Of a DNA stretch of 64,000 nt, positions 19,363 to 29,000 are shown piece after piece. This DNA comes from a virus: IMG/VR virus record IMGVR_UViG_3300027985_000891, positions 32,001 through 96,000 of that record; one strand, written 5' to 3'. Below the pieces are notes generated by a model, which worked only from the letters and a program-made list of their open reading frames with translations, searched no databases and was not told the DNA's origin. How positions within the stretch are numbered: the stretch's first letter is position 1; each line of letters opens with the position of its first letter. Both the position numbers and the translations under genes were made by a program.

Positions 19363-21282
19363 TTAGTTAAAGTTTACGTTTCGTACTATAGCATCTCCTA
19401 CTTCTGTAACATTTGCATCAATTACTGTAGAATTTGCATATACTCCTTTTATATGTGTATTGACAGCTACAGAGGATGTGATTACATCTACAGAGCCATC
19501 ATTAAGTAAAGTCACTCCATTAAGTGTCAGTGTATGATTTGCATTGGTATGTTCTATAGCACCAATACCAGCACCGGTAGTTTTATAACTACCACCTATA
19601 AATTCAAAGTTCTGATAGCTTGCTTCATTAGAACAAAAGATCACTGGTACACTTGCTATTGCTCTACCCAATACTCTGATCATCACTCTAAATGCATTTT
19701 CTGCAGAGAATGAAGTACCATTATTCGCATAGGGTAAAAAGCAGGGTGATCCATTTCTGGATATCACATTGCCTACTGTACAGGATATATTAATATTTCT
19801 TGCATTATTTCCTGAGTTAGGAGCAAAGAACAGTCTTCCCAAAACTACTCCTGAAATATCTGCACTGCCTATTTTAAGGTCAAACACATTATCATATATG
19901 TTGGTACCACTATTTCCACCCCAAGAATCTCCTATTCCAAATATAGAAGGGAGATCATTAGCATTGGTAGAGTTAGGATCATCATCCATCGTAGTAGTCG
20001 AATTGACTGTATAAGAGGCATAGGTTGCATCTATGATACGAGGATCTTGATGAATCACATTACCTACTTCATAGGATATTCGATTTCTATTAAACGTACC
20101 TGCAGTTGTAGCATTGATTCCTAAAAGAGCTTCCCCTTTAGCTATGATGTTTGCATTACCTATCTTCACATTGACAATACTTGTATCCCATCTTGCTTCC
20201 ATAGTCACATAAGAAAGCACTTGACCAGAAAGGCACTCTACTTCGTCTATCTCGACATTGACAATGTTTCCTGTGTTATTTCCTGCACCAGTACCGGACA
20301 TTCTTAAAAAGACAGTAGTATCGATAGGATCAGTCATATCTATTTCATGTCGTCGTAATTTCCAGGATATATCTACACCTTGCATACGAGACATTTCCAT
20401 CACATATCCACCCTCTACTGTTTGGATCTTATCCATCTCATAGACCAGCTTGCAACCATTAGATAGTTGTCCAGTAACACTCCATACTTGATTGGTTCTA
20501 TGACCTATAAATTCCAGGTGACCTCTTATAGCAAATTCTGTTAGTCCGAAAATTACATATGAACCAGCTATTACTTGACAGCCAAATGAAGTTTGATCGT
20601 CGATTACCGCTCCTGGTTCAAAATAAAAGGTAATACCGTTTTTTACCAATACTGTATCGACTTCTCCTTCTACAAAATCTGCTACTTCAATAGCTCCTCC
20701 GCCACCTGTTTCCGTAATAGCATATACCCCAGGGTGAACATGTATTGTATCACCGGCTGAAGCAGCAGCTAAGGCTGTCCAAGGATCATCCCATGGTCGC
20801 TCCGGATCTGCTTTTACTGCAGTAGCATCATCTCCATTTATAGAAACATAGAGTATATCACCATGATCATGATTGTAGACAGTAGGAATTGTAATACAAC
20901 CCTGTACCTGACAACAGGATACTCCACTTACATTGACTGTATATTCTGTAATAGTAAAACAATCATCACAAGTTGATCCTGTATTAAGTGTAAACAAAAT
21001 ACTGTAAGGCATTGGACAATCATCGGTCACTATAAATGTGAATGTTGCCTCTACATATCCTGTTGGAGTCGGAAGTACTGACCCTAATTCCCAGGTAGTA
21101 GTTCCTACATTATAGGTTCCTTTGTCAAGATCATACGAGTCCAAAGCAAGACCTGCAGGAATCGTTAAAACTACACTGACATCTGGAACAAGATAGTCAC
21201 ACTTATTCCTGACAATAGGAAGAACTACATCAAATGTAGTTCCTATTTCATAGAATCCTATGGTCTGCTCTATTGTGGTCAT
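19363..21282 (-). CDS. DUF11-like N-domain plus beta-helix tail spike, paralog of 17554-19362
   Basis: LTIPAGL...WELGSV, GVSCC, LYVSINGDD...RPW...GDTIHVHPGVY; C-terminus resembles its neighbour. Confidence 0.65.
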   Translation of the reverse strand: MTTIEQTIGFYEIGTTFDVVLPIVRNKCDYLVPDVSVVLTIPAGLALDSYDLDKGTYNVGTTTWELGSVLPTPTGYVEATFTFIVTDDCPMPYSILFTLNTGSTCDDCFTITEYTVNVSGVSCCQVQGCITIPTVYNHDHGDILYVSINGDDATAVKADPERPWDDPWTALAAASAGDTIHVHPGVYAITETGGGGAIEVADFVEGEVDTVLVKNGITFYFEPGAVIDDQTSFGCQVIAGSYVIFGLTEFAIRGHLEFIGHRTNQVWSVTGQLSNGCKLVYEMDKIQTVEGGYVMEMSRMQGVDISWKLRRHEIDMTDPIDTTVFLRMSGTGAGNNTGNIVNVEIDEVECLSGQVLSYVTMEARWDTSIVNVKIGNANIIAKGEALLGINATTAGTFNRNRISYEVGNVIHQDPRIIDATYASYTVNSTTTMDDDPNSTNANDLPSIFGIGDSWGGNSGTNIYDNVFDLKIGSADISGVVLGRLFFAPNSGNNARNINISCTVGNVISRNGSPCFLPYANNGTSFSAENAFRVMIRVLGRAIASVPVIFCSNEASYQNFEFIGGSYKTTGAGIGAIEHTNANHTLTLNGVTLLNDGSVDVITSSVAVNTHIKGVYANSTVIDANVTEVGDAIVRNVNFN

Positions 21283-21325
21283 TTCGAGTATGAAATTAAT
21301 TTATAGCTCGCTTAAAAAACAGTAG

Positions 21326-22021
21326 TTATTCTTGAGGTACTAAATTTTTGACTTTACTATAGCCTTTTATAGTACTTGTTTTCTTTGTCTTTACTCCTTT
21401 CCAGGGATATAGCCATAGACCCTGATGTAAGAATAATACAGCAGTGGGTATAGCCATAGCTGTAGAAAAGTCCGGAACATAGTAAAAAAGTAGAGGTACA
21501 TTGACACCATATCCTATAATTGCCACCACAGAGATGACCATTAACATAATGGATATAGGACGCTTTTCCTCAAAGAAGTAAGAGATACTAAACAGAAAGA
21601 AACAAAGGATTGTCATCCAACTGGGAAGGCCTTCAATAAAAGTATAAGGTTCCAATCCTCTTAGTTCTTCATAGTTTGTTATTATATTTAATGTCTCCTT
21701 GTTACTTAGCCATGCCGTAGCAATACCTATTGATATACAATTAAACCATCCGGCAACGAAATCCCTCATCCTGGGTTTTTGGTATACATGAAATATCATA
21801 GATATACCAGAAAATATAAAGCATAAAGCAGTAAGCGGTTTAATGCTTACCCAGGCGGGAGAAACTGATACCAGGTAATGCTTTCCTATACTCCATCCAT
21901 AAAGGGCAATAAGACTTGAAACCAGTATCAAATAGGGTACTCCGTTGTAAAGTAGTTTGTTTGAGTTGTATTGTGTGTTCAATAATCTATTTGCTTCTTT
22001 TATCGGGCTCATTTCGTACAT
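21326..22021 (-). CDS. multi-pass membrane protein resembling a stand-alone sensor domain of histidine kinases/diguanylate cyclases
   Basis: About 6 hydrophobic segments; IKPLTALCFIFSG, AIIGY and MAIPTAVLF motifs; no cytoplasmic output domain. Confidence 0.55.
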   Translation of the reverse strand: MYEMSPIKEANRLLNTQYNSNKLLYNGVPYLILVSSLIALYGWSIGKHYLVSVSPAWVSIKPLTALCFIFSGISMIFHVYQKPRMRDFVAGWFNCISIGIATAWLSNKETLNIITNYEELRGLEPYTFIEGLPSWMTILCFFLFSISYFFEEKRPISIMLMVISVVAIIGYGVNVPLLFYYVPDFSTAMAIPTAVLFLHQGLWLYPWKGVKTKKTSTIKGYSKVKNLVPQE

Positions 22022-22334
22022 ACTTTTTTATCAATGTTTGTATGATTTTTGTTCTATTCAACAGTACCTGTTTCGCACTTCCAGTGATGAATAAGAATAT
22101 ACTATTCCCCATACATGCAGCGCTGATCTGAAAAAACTCACAATGTTCTATACTTCGCCATAAGCAGAGTTGATGACCAACGAACTTAGCCGCTAGAATA
22201 CCCAAGAATAAGTGAACAAGAATTCTCTTCAAGGTCACCATTTCGTCTTCGAATATCAGTCCCACTACTCCCCCCAGTAGCCCTATGAATGTAATAGACA
22301 GGGCTTCTGAATAGTACACAAATATTTCGGTCAT
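21987..22334 (-). CDS. putative holin
   Basis: 115 aa, 2-3 TM segments, basic C-terminus. Confidence 0.5.
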   Translation of the reverse strand: MTEIFVYYSEALSITFIGLLGGVVGLIFEDEMVTLKRILVHLFLGILAAKFVGHQLCLWRSIEHCEFFQISAACMGNSIFLFITGSAKQVLLNRTKIIQTLIKKYVRNEPDKRSK

Positions 22335-22396
22335 CGCTCATAGTTTCCTAGCTCTTATCTCCATCAGAGCGTGTTCGTGAATGAATTTTGAGTGCA

Positions 22397-25300
22397 TTAG
22401 TTACTTGTAGATGTTAGTGCAAAATAACTTCCAACATCGATGTTCGTTGTCCCACCACCTGCGTCAAACTGTGCATATTGCACATTTAATTGACCATCAG
22501 AACTGGCAGTTACTGTTCCAGATATATGTATAGGTCCTATATCTCCTCCTGAACCATCATTAGTATAAATATCTGAGTTTAAACTTGTCACGTAAGTAGT
22601 ACTTCCTTGGGCCATTACACCTAATGATGATACTGTAGCATTGCCTCCTATTGCAATTTTGATTCCTCCAGCAGGAAGAGAAGTAGATACAATCCAAATA
22701 TCAACTATATAACTTGCACCATTTCTTACATTAATAGTCATAGATCCTGATGCATTATATGTTGTCGACGCAGTAGTTAATTGAGTAACTACTCGACGTT
22801 TTAATCCAGTTAGCTGTTCTGCAGCAGTAAACTCTCCAATGGCAAACATATTAGTATTTCCAGCATTAGCATCTGCTGCCCATATAGAAGCATGATCTAC
22901 TGAGAAAGCCGGATTAGTCGTAACATTGAATGTTTGAACTCCAGTTATAAATGCATTACCATTTACTTGAAAGTCATAAGTTCCGTTATCTACATTAGCA
23001 CCTGTTATGAGTTCATTAGCTACTCTAAAATATTTACCTGCTGATCCACTTAAGGTTAAGTTTCCTGTACTAACAGCATTTATAAGATTCCAGTTAGAAG
23101 GATTACTAGTATTAAGTGAAAAAGTAGCATCATCAGATGCTCCATTTATTTGTGCTTGAGCACCTGCTGTTCCATCTACATATAGTGAACTAAATGCTCC
23201 ATTATTAACACTAACATCACCTCCTAAAAACGAGTCACCATTCACTTGAAAGGGATAAGTTCCATTATCTGTATTTCCACCTACTATAGCTTCCCCTGCA
23301 TTATTCAGTCGTAGTACTTCCCCGAGCGTTCCAGTTGCCCCAGTGTTTGTTCTAAAGATCATTGAAGTGTTTGCCGCAGCAGAAAAATCACTAACAGCTT
23401 CTAATTCTATTCGACCGATAATTCCTGAAGCGAAGGAGGCATCATTTGTTCTCCAATCTATCGTTCCTAGTTTATCATTTGCTACTACAGAAGCGTCTTC
23501 TGATTCTAAGGTAAATAAAGGATTGCTATTGGGAGAGTCATTATTTAATATACTCAAGTCCCCTCTTATATCGACAATGTTTGCATCTAGTAGGTAACTA
23601 TCATCCCCACTAACAGAGTAACCCCAGCCATCAAAATCAGGCGTACTATCATCTATAGCGTGCCAATCATTAATGAAAGCACCTACTACAGAAGCATCAT
23701 CATCTATCTCTTCATCTAGTCCTCCAAATGCATAGTTTTCGATTATTATTTTACCACCAGATTGAGTACCAGAAGTTCTAATACCATCATAAGAAACACC
23801 TTGATTATTCAGTATAGTTAAATTACTAAATATGTAAGTACCTTCAGCATTTCGTATGTCTATTGCTGGTATAGCTGTAGAGTTTCCACCATCTATAATC
23901 AGCAAATCATCAAAGTTAATTGTGGAGGTTGTATCACTCTCCGTAATCCAAATAGCTGCTGAGGAGTTAGAATTTAATCCTTCTAGTGTCCAGTTCTTCG
24001 CATTAAATGCATGAGTTTTTCCACCAAAAGTATATTGAATTACTACTCTATTGTTATTAGCAAGATCGTCTTTTAGTGTTAGATTGGTGATATTATAGGT
24101 CCCAACTGTAGCAGTATCGCCATCTATTGTAAAACGTAAAGCATCTGTCTCGGCAGCATCTAGTGAACAATCTTCTATATATATATTATCTAAGTTGACA
24201 TTAGCTGTACTGAAATAAAATGCTTCGTGGTTACATCTTCTAACTAAAGCATTATTCATGTTTATCTGCTTGGCTTCTAAATTATTCCAGAAACCATAAT
24301 CCTGCATACTATCTATGCTAAAGTTATTCATATTCAACTCTACATAACCTGCGGTTTTCATACCCGCATAGTAATTAGAAACATGAAAATTAGATATGTT
24401 AGCTATATATTTGTACTTATAATAATTGGCTGTTCCTTGTGAAGTGGGTTCAGCCGATAAGTCAATACCATCTCCAACACCTGCGCCTAAAAAGTCTCTA
24501 ACCCAAAAACCGTCTATTGTAAGTTCTCTAAGTGGGTCTGTGTAGTCTGCACCTGCTAAATTTCCTATGGGTGCAAAATGAGCATAACCACCAAAACCAT
24601 GTTGAGAAGCATTGGTTACATGCACATTGTGAATATAAAGATCTTCAAAATTATAAGCTAATATGGCAGACTGTACACTATCTAACTGTATATCCTCCAC
24701 AACGGTGTGTACAGAATTAACATCGTTTCTATCAGATATTAATATACCTGTAGGAAAGGGTTTAGTTGGATAGTCAATTAGTGTACCAGATATTTTTCCA
24801 TTTCTAATGACAAAATCTTTCATCTGTTCCTCACCAGTAATAGGAACAATTAGCACTATGGCATTGGGGTCACTTACCCCGTCATTATCTTCTATTAATA
24901 TTCTAGCCCCATTCAAATCAAAAGTCATTCCTGAATGACTAGAGTTAAACTCTATGATTCCAAGATCACTAAAATGTTCTGAGTAAGCATTGGTCCACTG
25001 AAATACATAGTCACCTGAAGTACCAAACTTGATTGTTTTTACTCCCATGGCAACCGCCATTTTTTGCATTCGAACAAATGCAGCTTTATTATCAAGTGCT
25101 GAAGTTTTTACACCAAACCATTCACCAATATATTCTCCATTCTGAGGTTGCAAGACAGCATAGTTAGTTCCAAGGTCTATAACAGCTATTGCATCTGCTG
25201 AATATCCTGCAGGCTCTGCTGCTTGAACTTGATAAATAGCTCCTCCTCCATCACCTTCAGCTAAGAAGCCTCTAGTTTGTATAATGGTACCTATTGGAAA

Positions 25301-25702
25301 GGTTCCAGTTATTAATGCTACTTCATCAAAAGTAACTAAGGGGCTCCGTACTTTATTCCCCAGGGAGATGGAGACGCTATCATTAACTGTTCCTAACGAT
25401 TGAATCAGTCCACTACTATCCAAGGTATCTTTCCGCAATGTATCAGCTGAATTGGTGAGATTGATATACAATCTAACAGTTTTACCTTCTGAAGTAAGTA
25501 CGGAAGTATCTCTCACATAGGTTTGTCTACCTAGAGAATCCGTCATTACTAATATTCCTTGTACAGGAGTACCACCAAAACGAGGAGGATTTCCATTATC
25601 AGTTGCCTGCTGGATATTCCTCTGAATATTGATGCGGTTATCAGGTTGTGCTGCCAACACACCTACTATTAAAAACAATAAGCAAATGAGATAGTATTTC
25701 AT
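22397..25702 (-). CDS. pectate-lyase-like beta-helix depolymerase/tail-spike protein with N-terminal signal peptide
   Basis: MKYYLICLLFLIVGVLAA-Q signal; IQTRGFLAEGDGGGAIY and EWFGV...DN tail-spike motifs; beta-helix repeats; fibre-like C-terminal repeats (DNGTYxFQVNG twice). Confidence 0.7.
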   Translation of the reverse strand: MKYYLICLLFLIVGVLAAQPDNRINIQRNIQQATDNGNPPRFGGTPVQGILVMTDSLGRQTYVRDTSVLTSEGKTVRLYINLTNSADTLRKDTLDSSGLIQSLGTVNDSVSISLGNKVRSPLVTFDEVALITGTFPIGTIIQTRGFLAEGDGGGAIYQVQAAEPAGYSADAIAVIDLGTNYAVLQPQNGEYIGEWFGVKTSALDNKAAFVRMQKMAVAMGVKTIKFGTSGDYVFQWTNAYSEHFSDLGIIEFNSSHSGMTFDLNGARILIEDNDGVSDPNAIVLIVPITGEEQMKDFVIRNGKISGTLIDYPTKPFPTGILISDRNDVNSVHTVVEDIQLDSVQSAILAYNFEDLYIHNVHVTNASQHGFGGYAHFAPIGNLAGADYTDPLRELTIDGFWVRDFLGAGVGDGIDLSAEPTSQGTANYYKYKYIANISNFHVSNYYAGMKTAGYVELNMNNFSIDSMQDYGFWNNLEAKQINMNNALVRRCNHEAFYFSTANVNLDNIYIEDCSLDAAETDALRFTIDGDTATVGTYNITNLTLKDDLANNNRVVIQYTFGGKTHAFNAKNWTLEGLNSNSSAAIWITESDTTSTINFDDLLIIDGGNSTAIPAIDIRNAEGTYIFSNLTILNNQGVSYDGIRTSGTQSGGKIIIENYAFGGLDEEIDDDASVVGAFINDWHAIDDSTPDFDGWGYSVSGDDSYLLDANIVDIRGDLSILNNDSPNSNPLFTLESEDASVVANDKLGTIDWRTNDASFASGIIGRIELEAVSDFSAAANTSMIFRTNTGATGTLGEVLRLNNAGEAIVGGNTDNGTYPFQVNGDSFLGGDVSVNNGAFSSLYVDGTAGAQAQINGASDDATFSLNTSNPSNWNLINAVSTGNLTLSGSAGKYFRVANELITGANVDNGTYDFQVNGNAFITGVQTFNVTTNPAFSVDHASIWAADANAGNTNMFAIGEFTAAEQLTGLKRRVVTQLTTASTTYNASGSMTINVRNGASYIVDIWIVSTSLPAGGIKIAIGGNATVSSLGVMAQGSTTYVTSLNSDIYTNDGSGGDIGPIHISGTVTASSDGQLNVQYAQFDAGGGTTNIDVGSYFALTSTSN

Positions 25703-25708
25703 GTTTTT

Positions 25709-26335
25709 CTAACTAAAGGTTAAATAATGTACCCGGACTATACCTGTAATTGCTTCACTTAGTTTAATCTTGGTTCCTTCAATCACATAAGACATATATC
25801 CAGCAAGTGCATCGTCTTGATAATCTACTTCAAAACCGTTAACGGATACAAACAAAATTTGTCCTGGAGTAAGTGCTACACCAGGATCTACTTCTGTTAT
25901 GTTTAATCCTTCATCGACAAACTTATTAGAGTTGACTACAAGACCTTCCAGGCAGGGAAGAAGACTACAACAAGATAGACCTCTGACATCTACACAATAG
26001 TTCGGTGTCTGAAAGCAATCATTACAACTGTTCTCTACTTCTATATCAAACTTGATCAGAAAAGAACTATGGCAATCTTCTAATATCCGGAAAGTAAAAA
26101 GTCCTTCCACTGTAGTAAGAGGAAGGATTGACTCTAATGTCCAGGTATTATCCAGTATACTAAATACTCCTTTTGGTACATCGTATGAGTCCAATGCGAT
26201 CCCAGGGGGAAGGGTGATCGTCATTGTAATTTCGTCAGTTATCCTGTTTTTACAGGAGTTGTTGACAGTATTTAGTAGAATTTGAAAGGTATCACCTATT
26301 TGGTAAAACCCTATATTTTTTACTTCATTGATCAT
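25709..26335 (-). CDS. DUF11-like domain virion protein
   Basis: KNIGFYQIG, ITLPPGI, VPKG, WTLESI and GLSCC shared with 17554 and 19363. Confidence 0.6.
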   Translation of the reverse strand: MINEVKNIGFYQIGDTFQILLNTVNNSCKNRITDEITMTITLPPGIALDSYDVPKGVFSILDNTWTLESILPLTTVEGLFTFRILEDCHSSFLIKFDIEVENSCNDCFQTPNYCVDVRGLSCCSLLPCLEGLVVNSNKFVDEGLNITEVDPGVALTPGQILFVSVNGFEVDYQDDALAGYMSYVIEGTKIKLSEAITGIVRVHYLTFS

Positions 26336-26826
26336 CCGGCTCCCAGATCTGTGTCTCCCTGACAGCAGTCTGAGTCATCAAATCCTGCGGCCAGGTCTAC
26401 GGGTTTACAAACTCCTCCTGGTTGCAGTAAAAGATATGCCGTATTGTCACATGTATCCTCATCGATACAAGAGCTACTAATTACCCCTTTAACTTCAAAG
26501 TGATTTTCAGTAACGTCGACCAATGTGATATCATCTACTGTAAACTCAAAAGGCGATTCTAATATTTGATTAGCATTCATGTCACCAACATACCAGATCT
26601 TGGTTGTCGGGTTATATACACCTTTTATTACACTCACTGACGAACTACCAGCAATGGCAGGTCCGGTCAGAGATATACCATTAGGTATTGTAAATTGTAC
26701 TTGAACGTTGTAACACTTATAGTTACTCTCATTCTTTACTTCAACCACCCAAGTGCGAACATCACCATCCGCATATATTGCTTTTACAGTTGTATTAGCC
26801 GCCATTGATTGAAACGTTTGAAACAC
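26332..26826 (-). CDS. DUF11-like domain protein
   Basis: WVVEVKN...NVQVQFTIPNGI...WYVGDM...DN pattern. Confidence 0.55.
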   Translation of the reverse strand: MFQTFQSMAANTTVKAIYADGDVRTWVVEVKNESNYKCYNVQVQFTIPNGISLTGPAIAGSSSVSVIKGVYNPTTKIWYVGDMNANQILESPFEFTVDDITLVDVTENHFEVKGVISSSCIDEDTCDNTAYLLLQPGGVCKPVDLAAGFDDSDCCQGDTDLGAG

Positions 26827-27349
26827 TTTCTACTCCTCCGATTGCCATATCGACATTGGCCTCAATACAGTCTCCTGTACAAGGATCACAATCATCACAG
26901 TCTGGACATTCCGGACAAGTACATAAATCTTTTACTCCTATTAGAACGATCATATATGCATCAAGCATGCCACAGCACGCCTTCAATACAACAGTTCCTA
27001 TTTTTCCTGCTTGGTCTGGTCCTCCTGTAATCCAGGTAAGAACTCCAGCAGTTGTTATAGAGGCAGATGCAATAGCACTACCTTCTATTTTTGCTAATTT
27101 CCATACTACAGTATCTTCTCCGCAAGCTGTAAAATCATGCTTGAATAGCTCCGTATCTGCTACATTAATAGTACCTGCATTTCCACAAGGTCCTACGCCA
27201 TTCATAGGATTGATGACAATGTCACACAACTTTAAGCAGTTCCCTGGTGATGGACACTTGGCAGGAGTGCTTGGAGGTACCATTATACCTATGCAGGTAC
27301 ACGGTTGATCGGGAGGACAAGGAAGACAGTCATTACAATTAGTAGCCAT
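26795..27349 (-). CDS. Cys-rich hypothetical virion-module protein
   Basis: 184 aa with Cys clusters at both ends; co-oriented with the operon. Confidence 0.55.
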   Translation of the reverse strand: MATNCNDCLPCPPDQPCTCIGIMVPPSTPAKCPSPGNCLKLCDIVINPMNGVGPCGNAGTINVADTELFKHDFTACGEDTVVWKLAKIEGSAIASASITTAGVLTWITGGPDQAGKIGTVVLKACCGMLDAYMIVLIGVKDLCTCPECPDCDDCDPCTGDCIEANVDMAIGGVESVSNVSINGG

Positions 27350-27798
27350 CAGTTAAGATATTTAATAAACTCTTTTATATCCTTTCCAGGACAATCGGTT
27401 GCTTTGAACTCGTAATGCCCTTTCACCGGCTTATAACCTACTATTACTCTTAGAAGACTCACCAGATATACCAGTGCATCCTTCTGCTTCTGATTTAATG
27501 TTTCTTTGTCATAGTTACCTTTTACACAGATACCTATGACTTTTGGATTTTGAGGTCCTACATTATAACTTACCGTATCAATGTAGTTGGTTTGAAAGAT
27601 CTCTCCTTCCTTGTTTATCACATAATGATATCCAATACCTGGCCATCCTTTACTTACATGATACTTGGCATATTGTTCAATAGTGCCTCCACCGCCTGAG
27701 TGATGAAGGGCGATATATTCTATCCTGCTGAGCATACGTTTATTGTATACCCGGGTAGGATGTTTTTCCAAATTTTCGGTAATGTTCTTAATCGTCAT
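27349..27798 (-). CDS. N-acetylmuramoyl-L-alanine amidase (Amidase_2, T7-lysozyme-like endolysin)
   Basis: IALHHS, WPGIGYHYVI, IGICVKGNY, KGHYEF and TDCPG zinc-ligand motifs. Confidence 0.9.
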   Translation of the reverse strand: MTIKNITENLEKHPTRVYNKRMLSRIEYIALHHSGGGGTIEQYAKYHVSKGWPGIGYHYVINKEGEIFQTNYIDTVSYNVGPQNPKVIGICVKGNYDKETLNQKQKDALVYLVSLLRVIVGYKPVKGHYEFKATDCPGKDIKEFIKYLN

Positions 27799-28087
27799 GA
27801 TCTATATCCATTACACTAAGCCCGTCACCTTCGTCTGATTGCTCATGCATATGACGTTTAGTTCGAGGATTAGTAAGAACGGCTACCAAAAAAAGAATCA
27901 CCTCTTTGCTTATGCTATCAACCAGCCATGGAAATTTCTCTGCCACTTCCGGTGAAGCTTCTGGTACTGCTGCTATACCAAACACAACAATCAGTATACC
28001 CAGATAAGCAATAGGTGAACTTATCTTTAGCTTGTCCAACAATGTGGCAAGCTTTCCCTTAAATAGATTTAATAGTCCAGTCAACAT
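27788..28087 (-). CDS. putative holin (2 TM)
   Basis: Two hydrophobic helices, directly upstream of the amidase; start taken at MLTGLL rather than the track's 28159. Confidence 0.5.
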   Translation of the reverse strand: MLTGLLNLFKGKLATLLDKLKISSPIAYLGILIVVFGIAAVPEASPEVAEKFPWLVDSISKEVILFLVAVLTNPRTKRHMHEQSDEGDGLSVMDIDHDD

Positions 28088-28106
28088 GATATACTTCAGT
28101 TTTCTT

Positions 28107-28598
28107 TTAGCAGTCACAATCACATTTGATTCTGTCCATTTTGTCCTGAGCAAGCTCAAGCAACTCCATGGCCTCCTGCAAATTATTTAGTTCTACAGCC
28201 GCTTTTGAAAGGTTCACAAATCGTTCAACTTCCTTTATCGCTTCGTATCTTCTTTCTGGTTCAGTGGCATAAGCTCGTCGAATGCAACATTCGATAGAGT
28301 AAAAAATTCCTATGGATTTCTTATATCGAACACCACATGATTCTGTTTGGAAGCACCATACGCCATCTTTTATAAGGCCTACTTCCTCTTCCGTAATTCT
28401 ATTTATATCAAAGACCTTTAACTCGAGTGTCACTCCTGTGCCGCCACCAGGAGGAATTACAGTTACGTAGTAACTTTCTGGAACAGTGTACCGATCTTCA
28501 GTCATCCAGTCTGAAAAATCTTGGTACACCATATTTTTCTTATCCAGGGCCTTGACTACGACATTGTAATTCCCCCTGATACAAGCACATCGTATCAT
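28107..28598 (-). CDS. conserved crAss-like hypothetical protein
   Basis: 163 aa; YQDFSDW, KDGVWCF and a helical C-terminus ending CDCDC. Confidence 0.55.
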   Translation of the reverse strand: MIRCACIRGNYNVVVKALDKKNMVYQDFSDWMTEDRYTVPESYYVTVIPPGGGTGVTLELKVFDINRITEEEVGLIKDGVWCFQTESCGVRYKKSIGIFYSIECCIRRAYATEPERRYEAIKEVERFVNLSKAAVELNNLQEAMELLELAQDKMDRIKCDCDC

Positions 28599-28618
28599 AC
28601 ATTAACTAATCTTAGTTA

Positions 28619-28969
28619 TTATGCACTAGAACTAGGTGGTGGTCCACTAGAAGATGGTGCTGCTCCACTCGAAGAAGCTGCTCCAGAACTAGATGGAATA
28701 TTACTAGAACTAGCTGGTATATTCGAACTTGATGGTGCATTACTGGAACTGTTTGGAACAACACCTAACAATGCAGCGATCGCATCAAGCGATATTGTAA
28801 CGAGAGCCCCATTATTTCCGGGGCTCGCATACGTTATCGTTCCATTGCAGCAATCAAACTGGCAGCAGTCATCACCTGCAGGAGCATTGATGGATGTAAC
28901 GCCTACACGTTTTCCATTGACAATCTTCCAGGCCGCACCCTGTTCGAGATATATTTTAGTATTACTCAT
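28619..28969 (-). CDS. small putative virion protein with PSSS tail
   Basis: 116 aa; last ~45 aa are NSSSNAPSSSNIPASSSNIPSSSGAASSSGAAPSSSGPPPSSSA. Confidence 0.65.
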   Translation of the reverse strand: MSNTKIYLEQGAAWKIVNGKRVGVTSINAPAGDDCCQFDCCNGTITYASPGNNGALVTISLDAIAALLGVVPNSSSNAPSSSNIPASSSNIPSSSGAASSSGAAPSSSGPPPSSSA

Positions 28970-29000
28970 CTCTTAAAAGTTTATGAGCCTGTCAGCCCAA

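Noticed and set aside
17554-21282. Diversity-generating retroelement acting on the paralogous spikes
   Set aside because: No reverse transcriptase in the window and no near-identical template/variable repeat pair seen; similarity is at the protein level.
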